Source: the human T2T-CHM13v2.0 reference genome, Homo sapiens. From it: a DNA stretch of 64,000 nucleotides. Position 1 is the stretch's first letter. Each line of letters begins with the position of its first letter. Where the stretch lies: assembly GCF_009914755.1 (NCBI RefSeq), contig NC_060943.1. One strand, 5' to 3'. This document shows, piece by piece, positions 24,242-48,242 of the stretch. Both the position numbers and the translations under genes were made by a program. Below the pieces are notes generated by a model. The model was not told where the DNA came from. It saw only the letters and a list, made by a program, of their open reading frames with translations, and searched no databases.

Positions 24242-24990
24242 TAGCTGTGCTGTGTGATTTGCCATGGCCAGTGACCAGGGAAACCAAGTGTGTCACTTCT
24301 TGGTGGAAACCTTAAGAATTCCAGGCAGTGGATGTTCTTGCAGCCTGGGACCTGAGTAGAGAGGCCCAGGAGTGGAGCCCTTGGCTAGCCAACCCATGAT
24401 TAACATGAACAATGGAAGCAAACATTGGTTATTAGAAACCACAGATATTTGAGGATTGTTCATAGACACAACATAACCTAGCCTATTCTGTGTGATGTGG
24501 ACATCAGTATCAGAAATGAGGTCTTACCAAAACCCAAACCTAAAATGTATGGCATTGACTTTGTGTTGGGTTAGTGAACAGTGAAGAAATTTACCAGAGG
24601 CTGGAAAGATGGCAAACTATGTGATGATGTAGTAAAACATTTGGCAAAACTGTCATGTGCAGTAATTCAGGAGACAAAATGGAAACTTGCAGTTCTTGGG
24701 GAGAGTTTCGGGGATGGAATGTTCATGGCGTGTGGTGGTGGTTGTTGGCTGCCTTTGGCAAAGTATCAGAAGAAAAAGATGAATTTAAAAATAATTTTCT
24801 GATTTGTAAGCAGGAATAAAAGAGAATACTCAGGGAGTACTACGGTTGGAAGCTGCAACTCCTTCTCATCTCCTAACAGCAAAAGCTAGAATTGAGAAAC
24901 ACTTTCAATGACAAAGTCCTTAAAGAAATATGAAATCATGAACATTGCTTTCATACCCATTGTTAAAGTCTCTGAATGGATGAAAGTGTT
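24242..24990 (+). mobile_element. MLT1 LTR remainder followed by MLT1 internal sequence
   Basis: gtgtgtcacttcttggtggaaac...ataacctagcctattctg, then cctaaaatgtatggcattgactttg...catttggcaaaactgtc. Confidence 0.6.
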
Positions 24991-26068
24991 TCAGGCAAAT
25001 ACTCATTACAGGATGTGGAGCCCCTTGAATACTTTCAGTTGGACAAAATCCTGAGGGAAAAGGAGGTTAAGATGAGATCCTCTTCCCAAAGCTTGATAGG
25101 TTCAAGGCATATATTATAAAGCTTAAGGAGAGATGTGGAGAATTGGAAAAAATATCCCTCCCCCCTGCATATTAGGAAAAGAAATGGACAATGCACAAGT
25201 GCACACCCTCTGTTGAACCTATCAGAAAGCTGAGGCCTCAGGACAACACTAACCCCAAATCTGGAGAGTGACAGGGGTCTTTGGGGGAAGCAGGGGGCGT
25301 GGCACTTGCTTAGCTGAGGGCAGAAGTCATCAGACACTGGTAGGAAGGATTCAGCTAGAGTAGTGGATGCATGAGTGAAGGCTGAGAACAGGCTGGTGAA
25401 ACGATGTGAAGCCCATGGAGCTGCAGAAATGAAGGCAGGTGGGTAGCCTCTTGCAAGCTTCTTCTCAAACCCCACCAGGCACTCACAGGGAAGACAGGGA
25501 AGGATCTTGAGAAAGTTTCCTTTGTGCAGGCCTTGGGAAGGGAAAAAATAACCACCACAGGAGAGGCAGAAAACTCTACTCAGACTATTCTCTTCTATCT
25601 CTCCTAGGGAGCAAAAGCCTTAATTTGCAGGACAAAGGCCATCAAAGACTGTTGTTGCACTTAGCGCATTAAGAAAGCCCATTGCAGCTGGGATAAGAGA
25701 GCAGAAAAAAATACGCTAGCCCTGGGGAAGTGGTAGGAAAAAGTACTGGATTCAGAACCTATAACTACAGCCCATAAAACCAACAATTGCTCTAGTTACA
25801 ACTAGAGGGATTTGAAGCCTCTGGTGCCTAGAGGGTAAATATAGTAACAACAAACCTCAGAGGCAGTCTAACTCCTAACAAGATTAGTATAAAACTCCAC
25901 ATTAAAGACCCAGAAAAAAAAAAGTTATGCCCATTTCTGAGCTTATAAGGCTTTAATGGAAAAGATGCACAGCATACAAAATCAGATGGGTAATTTCAGA
26001 AGAAAGATGGAAACTATAAGAAGAATCAAATGGAAAGGGTTGAAATAAAAACAGAAACAAATATTGAT

Positions 26069-27032
26069 AATTGAATTAGAGCTCCCCAGAGCGACAAAAC
26101 CACTAGGAGATTATAGACGTAGATATAGATATAGATATATGAGGGAGATTTATTACAGTGTGTTATCATTCTTGCATTGCTATAAAGAAATACCTGAGAC
26201 TGTGTAATTGATGAAGAAAAGAGGTTTAATTGGCTCATGGTTCTGCAGGATTTACAGGAAGCATGGTGCTGGCATCAGCTCAGCTTCTGAGGAAGCCTCA
26301 GGAAGCTTACAATCATGGCAGAAGGTGAAGGGAGAGCAGGCATGTCACATGGCCAGAGCAGGAGCAAGAGAGAGTAGGGGATGGAAGCGCCACACACTTT
26401 TAAATAACCAGATCTCATGTGAACTCAGAGCAAGAGCTCACTTGTCACCAAAAGGATGGCTGAAGCCATTCATGTGAGATCCACCCCAATGATCCCAAAT
26501 ACCTCTCACCATGCCCCACCTCCAACATTGGGAATTACAATTCAACATGAGATGTGGGTGGGGACAAATATCAAAACTATGTTATAAGGGAATTGGCTCA
26601 CACAATTATGGAGGCTGAGAAGTTCCATGACAGGCTGTCTGTGAGTTGTAGAGCCTAGGATGCCAGTAGCATGGCTTCAGAACCAGGATAGCTGATGGTG
26701 TAACTCTCAGCCTGAGGTAAACGGCACGAGAGCAACGAGCCTGGAATTGTCCAAAGACAGGAGAGGAAGAGTATATGTCAGCTCCAGCAGACAGATCAAC
26801 ATATTTGCCTCTTCCCTATTTTTGTTCTCTCCAGGCCCCCAGCAAATTGGATGATGCGCACCTACATTGAGGGTGGCTCTACCCCACCTAGCTCACTCAG
26901 ACTCAAATGCTAATTTCCTTGGGAAACGCCTTCACAGACATACCCAAAAATAATGCTTTACTAGGTTTCTAGGTATTTTTTATACTTCAGACTAAGAAAC
27001 CTAATCAAGTTGACACCTAAAATTAACTATCA
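26069..27032 (-). mobile_element. MLT2B-like ERVL LTR, interrupted by MST
   Basis: gggaattggctcacacaattatggaggctgagaag...caagttgacacctaaaattaactatca. Confidence 0.8.
26158..26584 (-). mobile_element. MSTA/MSTB MaLR solo LTR nested in MLT2B
   Basis: ttgcattgctataaagaaatacctgagact...gaggtttaattggctcatggttctgcagg...catgagatgtgggtggggaca. Confidence 0.85.
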
Positions 27033-27944
27033 AAATGCCTTTGACAGGCTCATCAATAAAATTAACAGCTGAGTGAGCAGCAGGCTTGACAGCTAAGTGA
27101 ATTTGAAGATAGGTCAAAAGAAATTGCCTAACTGAAGCACAAAGAAAATAAAATTTACATAACAAATACACAAAAAAGACAATAGTGCATCCAAGAGTTG
27201 TGGGGCAATATCAAATAATATATCACATGCATTATTGGAATTCTAGAAGGAAAAGAGAAAAAATAGGGCAGAAAAATGATTTGAAGAAATAATGGCCAAG
27301 AATTTTCTAAAATTAATGACAGACACAAAACTCCAGATCCAAAATGCTTAGACAATACCAAGGAGGATAAATAGACCTACCCTCAAAAAACAAAATTAAA
27401 AAACATGTAGGCATGTCAAATTCCATCTGTTAAAAACAGAAAACAAATAAATCCTGAAGGCAGCCAGAGAGGGAAAAAAAGACCATATTCAATACGAAAT
27501 AACAAAGGCACTTGTTTTCAGAATCCATGCAAGGCAGAAGACAATGGAGTGATATCTTTAAAGTACTGAAAGAAAAAAGAATTGCCTACCTTAAATGCTA
27601 TACCCAATGAAAACAGGTTTCAAAATGTAGGAGGCATAAGAAGTTCTCCATGAAAAAAAAATTAAAGAATTTATCACTTGAAGATGTGCTCTATAAGAAA
27701 AGTAAAAGGAAGTTCTTCAGGCAAAATGAAGACAGTCTCAGACAAAAACTTGGAAGAGTAACGTAAATAAAATAAATGAAAGTAAAATAACTTTTATTTT
27801 ATTTTTTAATTACTCTAAAAGACAACTGCCTGAAGCAAAAAATAAGTAGTAATTATTTGTATATTTATACCTATGTAAAATATATGGTAATAACACATAG
27901 AATGGGAGGGAATAATTGGAGGTGTACTGTTGGAAGGTCTTTAC

Positions 27945-28050
27945 ACTACATGTAAAACATGTATAATATTACATGTAAAATACTACCTGTAAAATATACT
28001 ACATGTATAATATTACATGTAAAATACTACAAGTAAAACAGTATAATATT
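27945..28050 (+). repeat. AT-rich imperfect tandem repeat (tacatgtaaaa / tacatgtataatat units)
   Basis: Directly visible inside L1M. Confidence 0.75.
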
Positions 28051-28466
28051 ACTTGGAGACAGGCTCTGATTAATTAAAAATATATTTTATAAACCTTATG
28101 ACAACTACTAATGAAATAATAAGAGGCATAAATAATCAGTCCATGGTGGAGATAAAATGGAATCAAAACAATATTTAAGTAATTCAAATGATGGGAGACA
28201 AAAGAAATAAAAACAGAAGAAATTAATTGAAAAAAGCTGCTAAGATAGATTTTAATCAAAATACAATTTGGATCAATAACCACACTAAATAGGTATGTCT
28301 AAATACATTAATCAAAAGGCAGAGACTTCCAGGTTGGATAAAAAAGCAGTATGCTATCTACAATATACTATGTACAAGAAACTCACAATATGCTATCTAT
28401 AATATACCTGTACAAGAAACTATACAGAGCTACATTAAAAGTAAAAGGATAAAAAAAGATATACCA

Positions 28467-28698
28467 TGTGCACACTGGTTTCATTTCTCTTGAGTATATA
28501 TCTAGGAGTAGAATTTCTGGGTCATATTGTAACTCTATCTATAACTGTTGGGAGAACTGCCAGACTGTTTTTCCAAAGTGGTTGTACCATTGTACATTCC
28601 CATCAGCAGTGTTTGAGGGTTCTGATTTATCCACATCCTCATCAACACTTGTTTATATTTGACTTTGATTACAACCATTTTATTAGTCCATTCTCATA
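28467..28698 (-). mobile_element. L1M ORF2 3'-region fragment, opposite orientation to its host L1M
   Basis: ttcatttctcttgagtatatatctaggagtagaatt...ccaaagtggttgtaccatt...cattcccatcagcagtg. Confidence 0.75.
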
Positions 28699-30084
28699 GT
28701 ACAGAATAGGAAAGCAATAGGAAAAAAATCAATGAAACCAAAATCTAGTGCTTCAAAAAGATAAACAAAATTGATAAACCTTTAACTATATTGATAAAAA
28801 GAAGATTAAAATTATTAGAATCAGAAATGAAAAAGGGAACATTACTACTGACTTTACAGAAATCAAAAGATTTATAAAAAACTCCTATGAACAATTGTAT
28901 ACCAATAAATTAGATAACTTACATAAAATGAACAATTTCTAGAAAGACACAAAGTGATTGTGGTCTACAAAGACCAAAATGGACTCAAGAATAAATAGGC
29001 AATCTGAACAAATAGAGATGGAATGAATAATTAAAATATTATATAAAAAGAAAATCCCAGGCCAGATAGCTTCACTGCTGAATTCTACCAAATCTTTAAA
29101 TAGAAGAATTAATACTTTTTGTTTACTTTGGAGAGATCATCACAAACTTCAAAAAAATAGAAGAGAAGGGGACACTGCCAAACTCATTCTGTGAGGCCAG
29201 TATTACCCTGATACAAAAACCAGACAAAGACACCACAAGAAAAGCACTGATCCCTTATGAATACAAATGCAAAAGTCCTCAACAAAATATTAGCAAATCA
29301 AATCCAGCAACATGTAAAAAGACTTTACCATGAGCAAGTAAGATTCATCCCAGGAATGCAAGGTTGGTTTAATATCCCAAAATCAATTAATGTAATGTAC
29401 CATATTAATAGAATAAAAAGGGAAAACCACATTATTTTCTTAATAGATACCAAAAAAAATTTCTACCAAATCCAACACCTTACATTAAAAAATACTCAAC
29501 AAACTTTAAATGGAAGGAGCTTCCTCAACCTCAAACCCATAGCTATCATACTCAATGGTGAAACACTGATACTTTTTGTCTAAAATAAGGAGTGCAAAAC
29601 AAGGATATCCACTCACACCACTTCTATTCAACCTGGCATTAGAAGTTCTACACAAGACAATTAGTCAATGAAACCAAATAAAAGGCATCCAGATGGAAAA
29701 GAAAAAAGTAAAACTACCTGTAGTCATAGAAGACATGATCTTGTGCATAGAAAATTCTAAGGAATCCACTAAAAACTACTAGAACTAACAAGTCTAGCAA
29801 GAGTGTAGGGTACAAGATCAATATACAGAAATTAATTGCATTCCTATACTCTAGTGATGAAGAATTAGAAAGAGAAATTAAGTAAACAATTCCATTTACA
29901 GTAGCATCAAAAGGAATAAAGTTAGAATAGACAATAAAATAAATGAAAAACTTTTACTCTGAAAACTACAAAGTATTGTTGAAAGGAATTTTAAAAGATC
30001 TAAATAAATGGAAAACATCCCATTTCGGTGGATTGCAAGACCAAATATTAAGATGACAGTACTCCCCCAAATAAATCTCATTGT

Positions 30085-31110
30085 TGAATAGAGTGTTCTA
30101 TAGATGTGTATTATTCTATAGGCCAAGTGATAAATTATGTAAATAATGTTTTACACAGTTGCTTTTTAAACCTCTTAAGAGAAGAAAAGAGAAGAGTATA
30201 CATTTATACTGCATTCTGTAATTATATGATCACTTTTACTAGTATTGTTTTTTCTTGTGGATGCTTTTAACCTGAACAACTTCCCGCCTTAGGACTTGTT
30301 GTAAGGTAGGCCTGTTAGCAGCAAATTCTCTCTGCTTTTGTTTATCTGGGAATACATTTATGTCACCTTTAGTTTTGGAAGATAGCTTTGCTGGATACAG
30401 AATTCTTGGTTGACAGGTTTCTTTTTTTTTTTCTTCATGCAGTTTTAGCACTGTGTTCTGGCCTTTTTTGTTTCTGTTAAAAAGTCAGCTCTTAAACTTA
30501 CTGGGGTTTCCTTGTAAGTGATGAGTCATTTTTCTCTTGGTGCTTTCAATATTTCCTCCTTCTCTTTCACTTTTAGCAGTTTTTTTTTACGTGATGTGTC
30601 TGGATTTCTTTGTGTTAATTCCACCTACTTGGAGTTCATTAAATTTTCTAGATGGGTAGATTAATTTTCAATGAATTTGGGACATCTTCAACCATTATTT
30701 CCTTGAATATTGTTTTCTGCTTCTTTGTCTCTCCTCTATGTCCAGTACTCCAATTACATGTATGTTGGTGTGCATAATGGTCTCTCACCAACTTCTCAGA
30801 AGCTCTGTTCATCTTTAAAATTCTTTTTTCTCTATGTTCTTCAGATTGTATAATCTCCATTGATCTGTCTTCAAGTTCGTTAATTATTTTTTCTGCCAGT
30901 TCAAATCTATTGTGGAGCTCCTCTAGTGTATTTTTCATTGCAGTTATTGTGCTTTTTAATTTCAGAATTTTCACTTGGTTATTTTCAAATAATTTCTATT
31001 TCTTTATGAATAGCCCATATTTAATATGACATTATAATATATTTCTCTTTACTTCTTTAGTCATGGTTTCTTTCAGTTCTTTGAACATATTTATAATGGC
31101 TATTTTGAAG
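30085..31110 (-). mobile_element. Old L1M ORF1 remnant (host of the L1PA insertions; continues at 40245)
   Basis: ORFs CQPRILYPAKLS (30239-30451) and ELEDRSMEIIQSEE (30648-30974) are ORF1p-like. Confidence 0.8.
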
Positions 31111-31324
31111 TTTTTTTTTTATTATACTTTAAGTTCTAGGGTACATGTGCATAATGTGCAGCTTTGTTAGATATGTATACATGCGCCATGTTGGTGTGCT
31201 GCACCCATTAACTCGCCATTTACATTAGGTTTATCTCCTAATGCTATCCCTTCCCCCTCCCCCCACCCCATGACAGGCCCTGGTGTGTGATGTTCCCCAC
31301 CCTGTGTCCAAATGTTCTCATTGT

Positions 31325-35148
<3,824 letters not shown>

Positions 35149-35211
35149 TATGATGTTAGCTGGTTATTTTGCTCGTTAGTTGATGCAGTTTCTTCCTAGC
35201 ATCGATGGTCT

Positions 35212-36226
35212 TTACAATTTGGCATGTTTTTGCAGTAACTGGTACCAGTTATTCCTTTCCATGTTTAGTGCTTCCTTCAGGAGCTCTTGTAAGGCAGGCC
35301 TGGTGGTGACAAAATCTCTCAGCATTTGTTTGTCTGTAAAGGATTTTATTTCTCCTTCACTTATGAAGCTTAATTTGGCTGGATGTGAAATTCTGGGTTG
35401 AAAATTATTTTCTTTAAGAATGTTGAATATTGGCCCCCACTCTCTTCTGGCTTGTAGAGTTTCTGCCAAGAGATCCACTTTTAGCCTGGTGGGCTTCCCT
35501 TTGTGGGTGACCTGACCTTTCTCTCTGGCTGCCCTTAACATTTTTTCCTTCATTTCAACTTTGGTGAATCTGACAATTATGTGTCTTGGAGTTGCTCTTC
35601 TCGAGGAGTATCTTTGTGGTGTTCTCTGTATTTCCTGAACTTGAATGTTGGCCTGCCTTGCTAGGTTGTGGAAGTTCTCCTGGATAATATCCTGAAGAGT
35701 GTTTTCCAACTTGGTTCCATTCTCCCTGTCACTTTCAGGTACACCAATCAGACGTAGATTTGGTCTTTTCACATAGTCCTGTATTTCTTAGAGGCTTTGT
35801 TCATTTCTCTTTACTCTTTTTTCTCTAACCTTCTCTTCTCACTTCATTTCATTCATTTGATCTTCAATCTCTGATACCCTTTCTTCCACTTGATCAAATT
35901 GGCTACTGAAGCTTGTGCTTGTGTCACGTAGTTCTTGTACCATGGTTTTCAGCTCCATCAGGTCCTTTAAGGACTTCTCTACACTGTTTATTCTAGTCAG
36001 CCATTCATCTAATCTTTTCTCAAGGTTTTTAGCTTCTTTGCAATGGGTTTGAACATCCTTCTTTAGCTCAGAGAAGTTTGTTATTACCAATCATCTGAAG
36101 CCTTCTACTCTCAACTTGTTAAAGTCATTCTCCATCCAGCTTTGTTCCATTGCTGGCGAGGAGCTGTGATCCCTTGAAGGAGACGAGGTGCTCTGATTTT
36201 TAGAATTTTCAGCTTTTCTGCTCTTG
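35212..36226 (-). pseudogene. L1 ORF1p, disrupted
   Basis: KRPNLRLIGVPE...RYSSRRATPRHIIVRF...YQLLQKHAKL; split over separate ORFs (35839-36090, 35212-35772). Confidence 0.9.
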
Positions 36227-37253
36227 TTTCTCCACATCTTTGTGGTTTTATCTACCTTTGGTCTTTGATGATGGTGACGTACAGATGGGGTTTTGGTGTG
36301 GATGTCCTTCCTGTTTGTTAGTTTTCCTTCTAACAGTCAGGACCCTCAGCTGCAGGTCTGTTGGAGTTTGCTGGAGATCCACTCCAGACCTGTTTGCCTG
36401 GTTATCACCAGCGGAGGCTGCAGAACAGCAAATATTGCAGAACGGCAGATGTTGCTGCCTGATCCTTCCTCTGGAAGCTTCGTTTCTGAGGGGCACCCAG
36501 CTGTATGAGGTGTCAGTTAGTCCATACTGGGAAGTATCTCCCAGTTAGGCTACTCAGGGGTCAGGGACCCACTTGAGGAGGCAGTCTGTCCATTCTTAGA
36601 TCTCAAACTCTGTGCTGGGAGAACCACTACTCTCTTCAAAGCTGTCAGAAAGGGATGTTTAAGTCTGCAGAAGTTTCTGCTGCCTTCTGTTCAGCTATGC
36701 CCTGCCCCCAGAGATGAAGTCTACAGAGGCAGGCAGGCCTCCTTGAGCTGTGGTGGGTTCCACCCAGTTCGAGCTTCCTGGACACTTTGTTTACCTACTC
36801 AAGCCTCAGCAATAGTGGACGTCCCTCCCCTAGCCTCGCTGCTGCCTTGCAGTTTGATCTCAGACTGCTGTGCTAGCAGTGAGTGAGGCTCCCAGGAATG
36901 GGATATAATCTCCTGGTGTGCTGTTTGCTAAGGCCATTGGAAAAGTGCAGTATTAGGGTGGGAGTGCCCAATTTTCCAGATACTGTCTGTCATGGCTTCC
37001 CTTTGCTAGGAAAGGGAATTACCTGACTCCTTGCACTTCCCAGGTGAGGCAATGCCCTGCCCTGCTCCGTGGGCTGCACCCACTGTCTGACGAGCCCCAG
37101 TGAGATGAACCCAGTACCTCAGTTGGAAATGCAGAAATCACCCATCTTCTGTGTCACTCATGCTGGGAGCTGCAGACTGGAGCTCTTCCTGTTCAGCCAC
37201 CTTGGAACCAAAGCCTTGAAGTCTTTTTGTGATAAATTTGACATCTGGTCATT

Positions 37254-41590
<4,337 letters not shown>

Positions 41591-43367
41591 ATACTTTCTT
41601 AAAAGAGCAGCTACAAAATTTCTACAGTTGACATCATACTTAATGGTGAAAAACTGAATGCTTTCTCTCTAACATGAGGCATAAGGAGGATGTAATCTCT
41701 CACAGTTCTTATTCAATCTCATAATGGAAGCCAGTGCAATAAGGCAAGAAAAATAAATAAAAGGCATATAGACTGAAAAGGAAGAAACAGAACACCTGTA
41801 TTTGTATACAATACAATTACGTATATAGAAAATCCCAGATAATTTACAAAAAAAGCTTCTAGCACAAATAATTGAATTTAGCAAGGCTGTAGAATACAAG
41901 CTCAATATATAAAAACCAAATATATTTCTTTATACCAGCAATGTAGAATTGAAATTCAAAATTTAAAACAGATTAATCACAGTACAAAACATAAAATACT
42001 TAGGTGTAAATCTAACAAAATATGTATAGGATCTGTATGCTGAAAAATATAAAACACTGGGGAAGAAATAAAAGAAGACCTAAATAAGTGGAGAGATATC
42101 CATTATCACAAATTAGAAGATTCAGTATTGTTAAGATGTTAATCCTCCATAAATTGATCTAGAGATTAACTCCAACCCTATTTAAAATCCCAGCTTTTAA
42201 AAATAGATATTAACAAGTTGTTCCTAAAATTTATATGGAAAGGCAAGGAAACTAGAAGAGCCAAAACAATTGTGAAAAGGACAAATCTGGAGGACTCACA
42301 CTACCTGATTTCAAGACTTACTATAGAGCTACAGTAATCAAGACAACTATGGATAAAATAATAGTCAATGGAACAATGGAATTGAATAGAGTCCAGAAAT
42401 AGACCTACAAAATGTCTTTGACAAAGATACAAAAGAAATTCAATGGAGAAGGAATAATCTTTTCAAGAAATTGTGTTTGATTGGACTTTCCTATGCAAAG
42501 AAGTGAACCTTGATCCAAACATTACATTTCATAGAAAACAAACAAACAAACAAAAAACAAACAAACCTGAAAATGAATTACAGATATAAATGTAAAATGT
42601 GAAACTATAAAACTTCTATAAGAAAACATGGGACAATATCTTCAAGACTGTGAATTAGGCGAAGTTTTAGATATGACACTAAAATCAGGATCCGTAAAAA
42701 AAAAAATCGGACTTTATTAACATTAAAAACTGTTGCTCTGGAATAGTCACGTTAAGAGAATAAAAACAAGACAAACATTGGGATAAAATATCTGCAAATC
42801 ACATTTATGACAAAGAATTTATGTCCTATATACATAAGTAACTTTTAAAGTTCAACAAGACACTAAATAACCCAGTTTTTACAATGAGAAAAAGATCTAA
42901 ATAGATACCTTGCCAAAGAAGATATACAGATAGCAAATAGGCAGATGAAAAGATTCCCAATGTCCATTAGTCATTAGGAAAGTACAAATTAAAATTATAA
43001 CAAGATATCACTATAATCCTATTAGAATGGCTAAAATTAAAAAAATCTGACAATACTAAGTGTTGACAAGGATGTAGAGTGACTTTAACTCTAATGTACT
43101 GTTCTTGGGACTGGTAAATATTACAATCATTGTGGAAGACAGTTTGGAAGTTTCTTATACAGTTTACTATAACCAGCAATCCCACTCTTACTAAATAAAA
43201 TCTTATGTTCACATGAAAACCTGTATGCAAATTTTAATAGCAACTTTATTCATAACAGCCCCAAACTGAAAACAACACAGATGTCCTTCAACCAAGGAAG
43301 AAATAAACAAACTGGGGTGCTTCCTTGCAATGGCATACCACTCAGTAATGTAAAGGAGCAAACTATC

Positions 43368-43810
43368 TGTATTAGTCAGGGCTCTCTAGAGGGACAGAAC
43401 TAATAGGATAGATAGGTAAAGGGAAGTTTATTAAGGAGTATTGACTCACACAATCACAAAGTGAGGTCCCACAATAGGCTGACTGCAAGCTGAGGCACTA
43501 GGAAGCCAGTCCGAGTACCAAAGCTGAAGAAATTGGAGTCTGATGTTTGAAGGCAGGAAGCATGCAGCATGGGAGAAAGATGTAGGCTGGGAGACTCAGC
43601 CAGTCTAGTCTTTTCATGTTCTTCTGCCTGCTTTTATTCTAGCTGTGCTGGCAGCTGATTATGTTGTGCCCACCCAGATTAAGGGTGGATCTGCCTTTCC
43701 CAGTCCACTGACTCAAATGTTAATCTCCTTTGGCAACACTCTCACAGACACACCCAGGGCCAATACTTACAGCCTTCAATCCAATCAAGTTAACACTCAA
43801 TATTAACTAC
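43368..43810 (-). mobile_element. MLT2A1-like HERV-L solo LTR
   Basis: tgtattagtcagggctctctagagggacagaactaatagga...ttcaatccaatcaagttaacactcaatattaac. Confidence 0.88.
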
Positions 43811-45286
43811 TGATACACTACTGATACACACAGAAACATAGATGACTATTACATACATTGTGCTAAGTGAAAGAAGACAGAATCAAAAGATTTCATATTT
43901 GATGACACCATTTATATGACATTTTGAAAAGGGCAGAACAATAGGGATGGAGTCAGGAGTAGGAGTTGGAGGAAAAGATGGATTACAAAGGGTCTGCATG
44001 AGGAAATTTTGGGGTAGTGGGATGTATCATGACTGTGGTGGTGAATACCCGATGAGTTATTTTGTCAAAACTCGTAGAGCTCATCATGGAGTTTAAGTTA
44101 AAAAGCAAAAACAGGATGTGGGGGAGACAAAAAATGAAATGCAAACTGCGGTAAATGAACCTAACTGTACTACAGATGAATGACATAAGCACACTAAAAA
44201 AGTGGGAAAGAAAAAAAACTGAACCTAAGTTACCTTGTAAAATATTCAATGTTTCACTAGATAATGTAAAGATAAAGAGAAAAAGAATTGCACATGAATG
44301 CGGTATTCTGGTTAGTAAATTTGTTTCTCATGGGAGTGCAAGTTTGCAATTCCGTAACTACATTATGTGTATAGAAAAGTTGAACAGATAAGTAAGTGTA
44401 TTTTAGATAATACAGGCCAGATTTCTCACTGTTGGAAAAAGAAATTATAATTAAGGAAAGGAGAAGGCTAGAATGAACCCTGCATTGATGAATTGGAATG
44501 AGAGGTATCAGTATGAATTTACTTAAAAACAACAAACACATGGGTGGATGGATGGATGGATGGGTAGATGGATAGATAGACAGACAGATACAGACATAAA
44601 TACAAGTATGTGTATATGCATGGAGAAGAATACATTATATATTTATAAGTTCTGTTTGCTGAGGTGGCCTAGAAGCAATGACACCCTAGTGACAATGGGT
44701 ACACCTAATGCTCTAAATTTGGTTTCTAAGTATCATTCTTCAATAAAAGGAACCAGAGTGTCTTTTAGAAGTGTTTGATTCTAGTATGGGGTAGGGATAA
44801 TACAAGATGAACCTGGAGCATCTTGTAGTGCCAGAAAGTCAGAAATTGCTTAAAAAAGAAGAGAGCATTTTGAAAAGGCCCAAGAGCCAACCTCAAAGAG
44901 GCCCCAATGGCCAATACTCAAACAACTTGAGCAACAAAATAAATAGTGACACTATTCAGATATAACCCAATAAAATACATATCTATGTGTCCATACTGGT
45001 ATAAGTAAACAATTGAATATACAAATAAATAGAGAGAAGGTATAACTGTTCCTTACAGAAGAATCCTGGTTACTGTAAGTAAAAGAAAAGAAGGAAATAG
45101 AAATCATATTAAACACAGTAATAATTGTTGCAGATAAGATGCACTGATGCATGTTAAAATTAGGTTAGAAGTTTGAGTAGATACAGAATATTTGCACAGT
45201 TTCAAAGTAACTCCCCCAAGATATGTATTAATAACAAAAGGAAAAATCATGACTTTCAAGTAGAGAAACTTGGAGGACATCATTCA

Positions 45287-45955
<669 letters not shown>

Positions 45956-46267
45956 AGATTAACATCACTGAGAGAAAGACATATCAATATCATGAAAACC
46001 CTAATCCAATGTGCTGAGAAGGACACATCATTTCTTTAGGTGGCAACGAGGCTGTAGTCTCCACTGCCAAAAACTCACTGAGTGGTTGTGGACTAACTGC
46101 CACTCTCTGGGCCTCAGTCTCCTCATATGCATTGAAGAATTGGGGTAGATAAAGGAGAGGTTTTCAAATAAGTTCGTTTGATCCTCTGTTTTTGCCAAGG
46201 AGTCTTTTCCTCTCAAATAAAAACACAGGACGGAGTGGTTCTGAATCTACATAAAAATGTGTAGCCT

Positions 46268-46887
<620 letters not shown>

Positions 46888-47326
46888 GCATAACCTAAAG
46901 ATAACAAGAAGGAATATCAAACAAACCCAACTGAGGCACAGTTTAAAATATACTTGATCAGTACTTTCTAAAATGTCAGGGTCATGAAGGACCTCGGAAA
47001 GACTGAGGAACTGTCACCCATTGAGGGAGACAAAGGAGGCGTGATGACCTAATGATCTTGGTTGGCCCAGCTCAGATAATTGTAATTGGTCATACAAGAT
47101 ACTAAGCTCAGGGGAATTTTTGCATCTCTTCTGTAAGGCTATGATTATTTCAAAATAAAAAATTAAAAATACAACAAAAAGTAATGAGAGAGGGAGAGAT
47201 AGAGGTGTGAGTACAAAGAGAACCAAAAAGAAAAGTGGTTTTGGGGGCTCTATCTCAAAAAGAACTGTGGGCCTCGTTGTCGGCAAGTGGAGTTGATGAG
47301 AGGCAAGTAGATAAGATGCTGATCTG

Positions 47327-47639
<313 letters not shown>

Positions 47640-47948
47640 TCAGCCTGTGCTGTTAAGAGAGACTGACTGAGTCTTAAAGTCACCCTTGGGCTCCCAGTGC
47701 TGTATGGGTAGGAAGCAGCTGGACAACACTGGCCAGTCCTCCGGGAGGCCATAGTCCCAGTGCATGCCTCAGATAAGCCAGAGAAGAATCTTCCAGATGA
47801 CAGAGCCAGGGTCAGGGAGCTACTGCCTTGGAGCAGAATCAGAGCCCAATCAGAGGAAAAGGTTGTAGGGTACTGAGCCGCTAAAATGCTTTGCTGGCAG
47901 GATTTTGGGATAGCTGTGCACAGTTGTTGCAGGTAAGATGCATTTCTG

Positions 47949-48242
47949 GGCTGGGTGCAGTGGCTCATGCCTGTAATCCCAGCACTTTGGGAGGCCGAGG
48001 CGGGCGGATCACGAGGTCAAGAGATCGAGACCAGCCTGGCCAACATGGTGAAACCCCGTCTCTACTAAAAATACAAAAATTAGCTGGGCGTGGTTGTCTG
48101 CACCTGTAATCCCAGTTACTCAGGAGGCTGAGGCAGGAGAATGGCTTGAGCCCGGGAGGCGGAGGTTGCAGTGAGCTGAGATCAGACCTCTGCACTCTAG
48201 CCCAGGCAACAGAGCAAAACTCCGTCTAAAAAAAAAAAAAAA
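47949..48242 (+). mobile_element. AluS (Sc/Sg-like)
   Basis: ggatcacgaggtcaagagatcgagacc; degenerate TSD aagatg(ca/ta)(t/c)ttctg. Confidence 0.93.

Larger units (their letters stand above)
25900..30082 (+). mobile_element. Old L1M (ORF1 and ORF2 remnants), interrupted
   Basis: Degenerate ORF1-like A-rich sequence; ORF 29257-29583 ([16 protein letters not shown]...[14 protein letters not shown]) is L1 RT. Confidence 0.85.
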
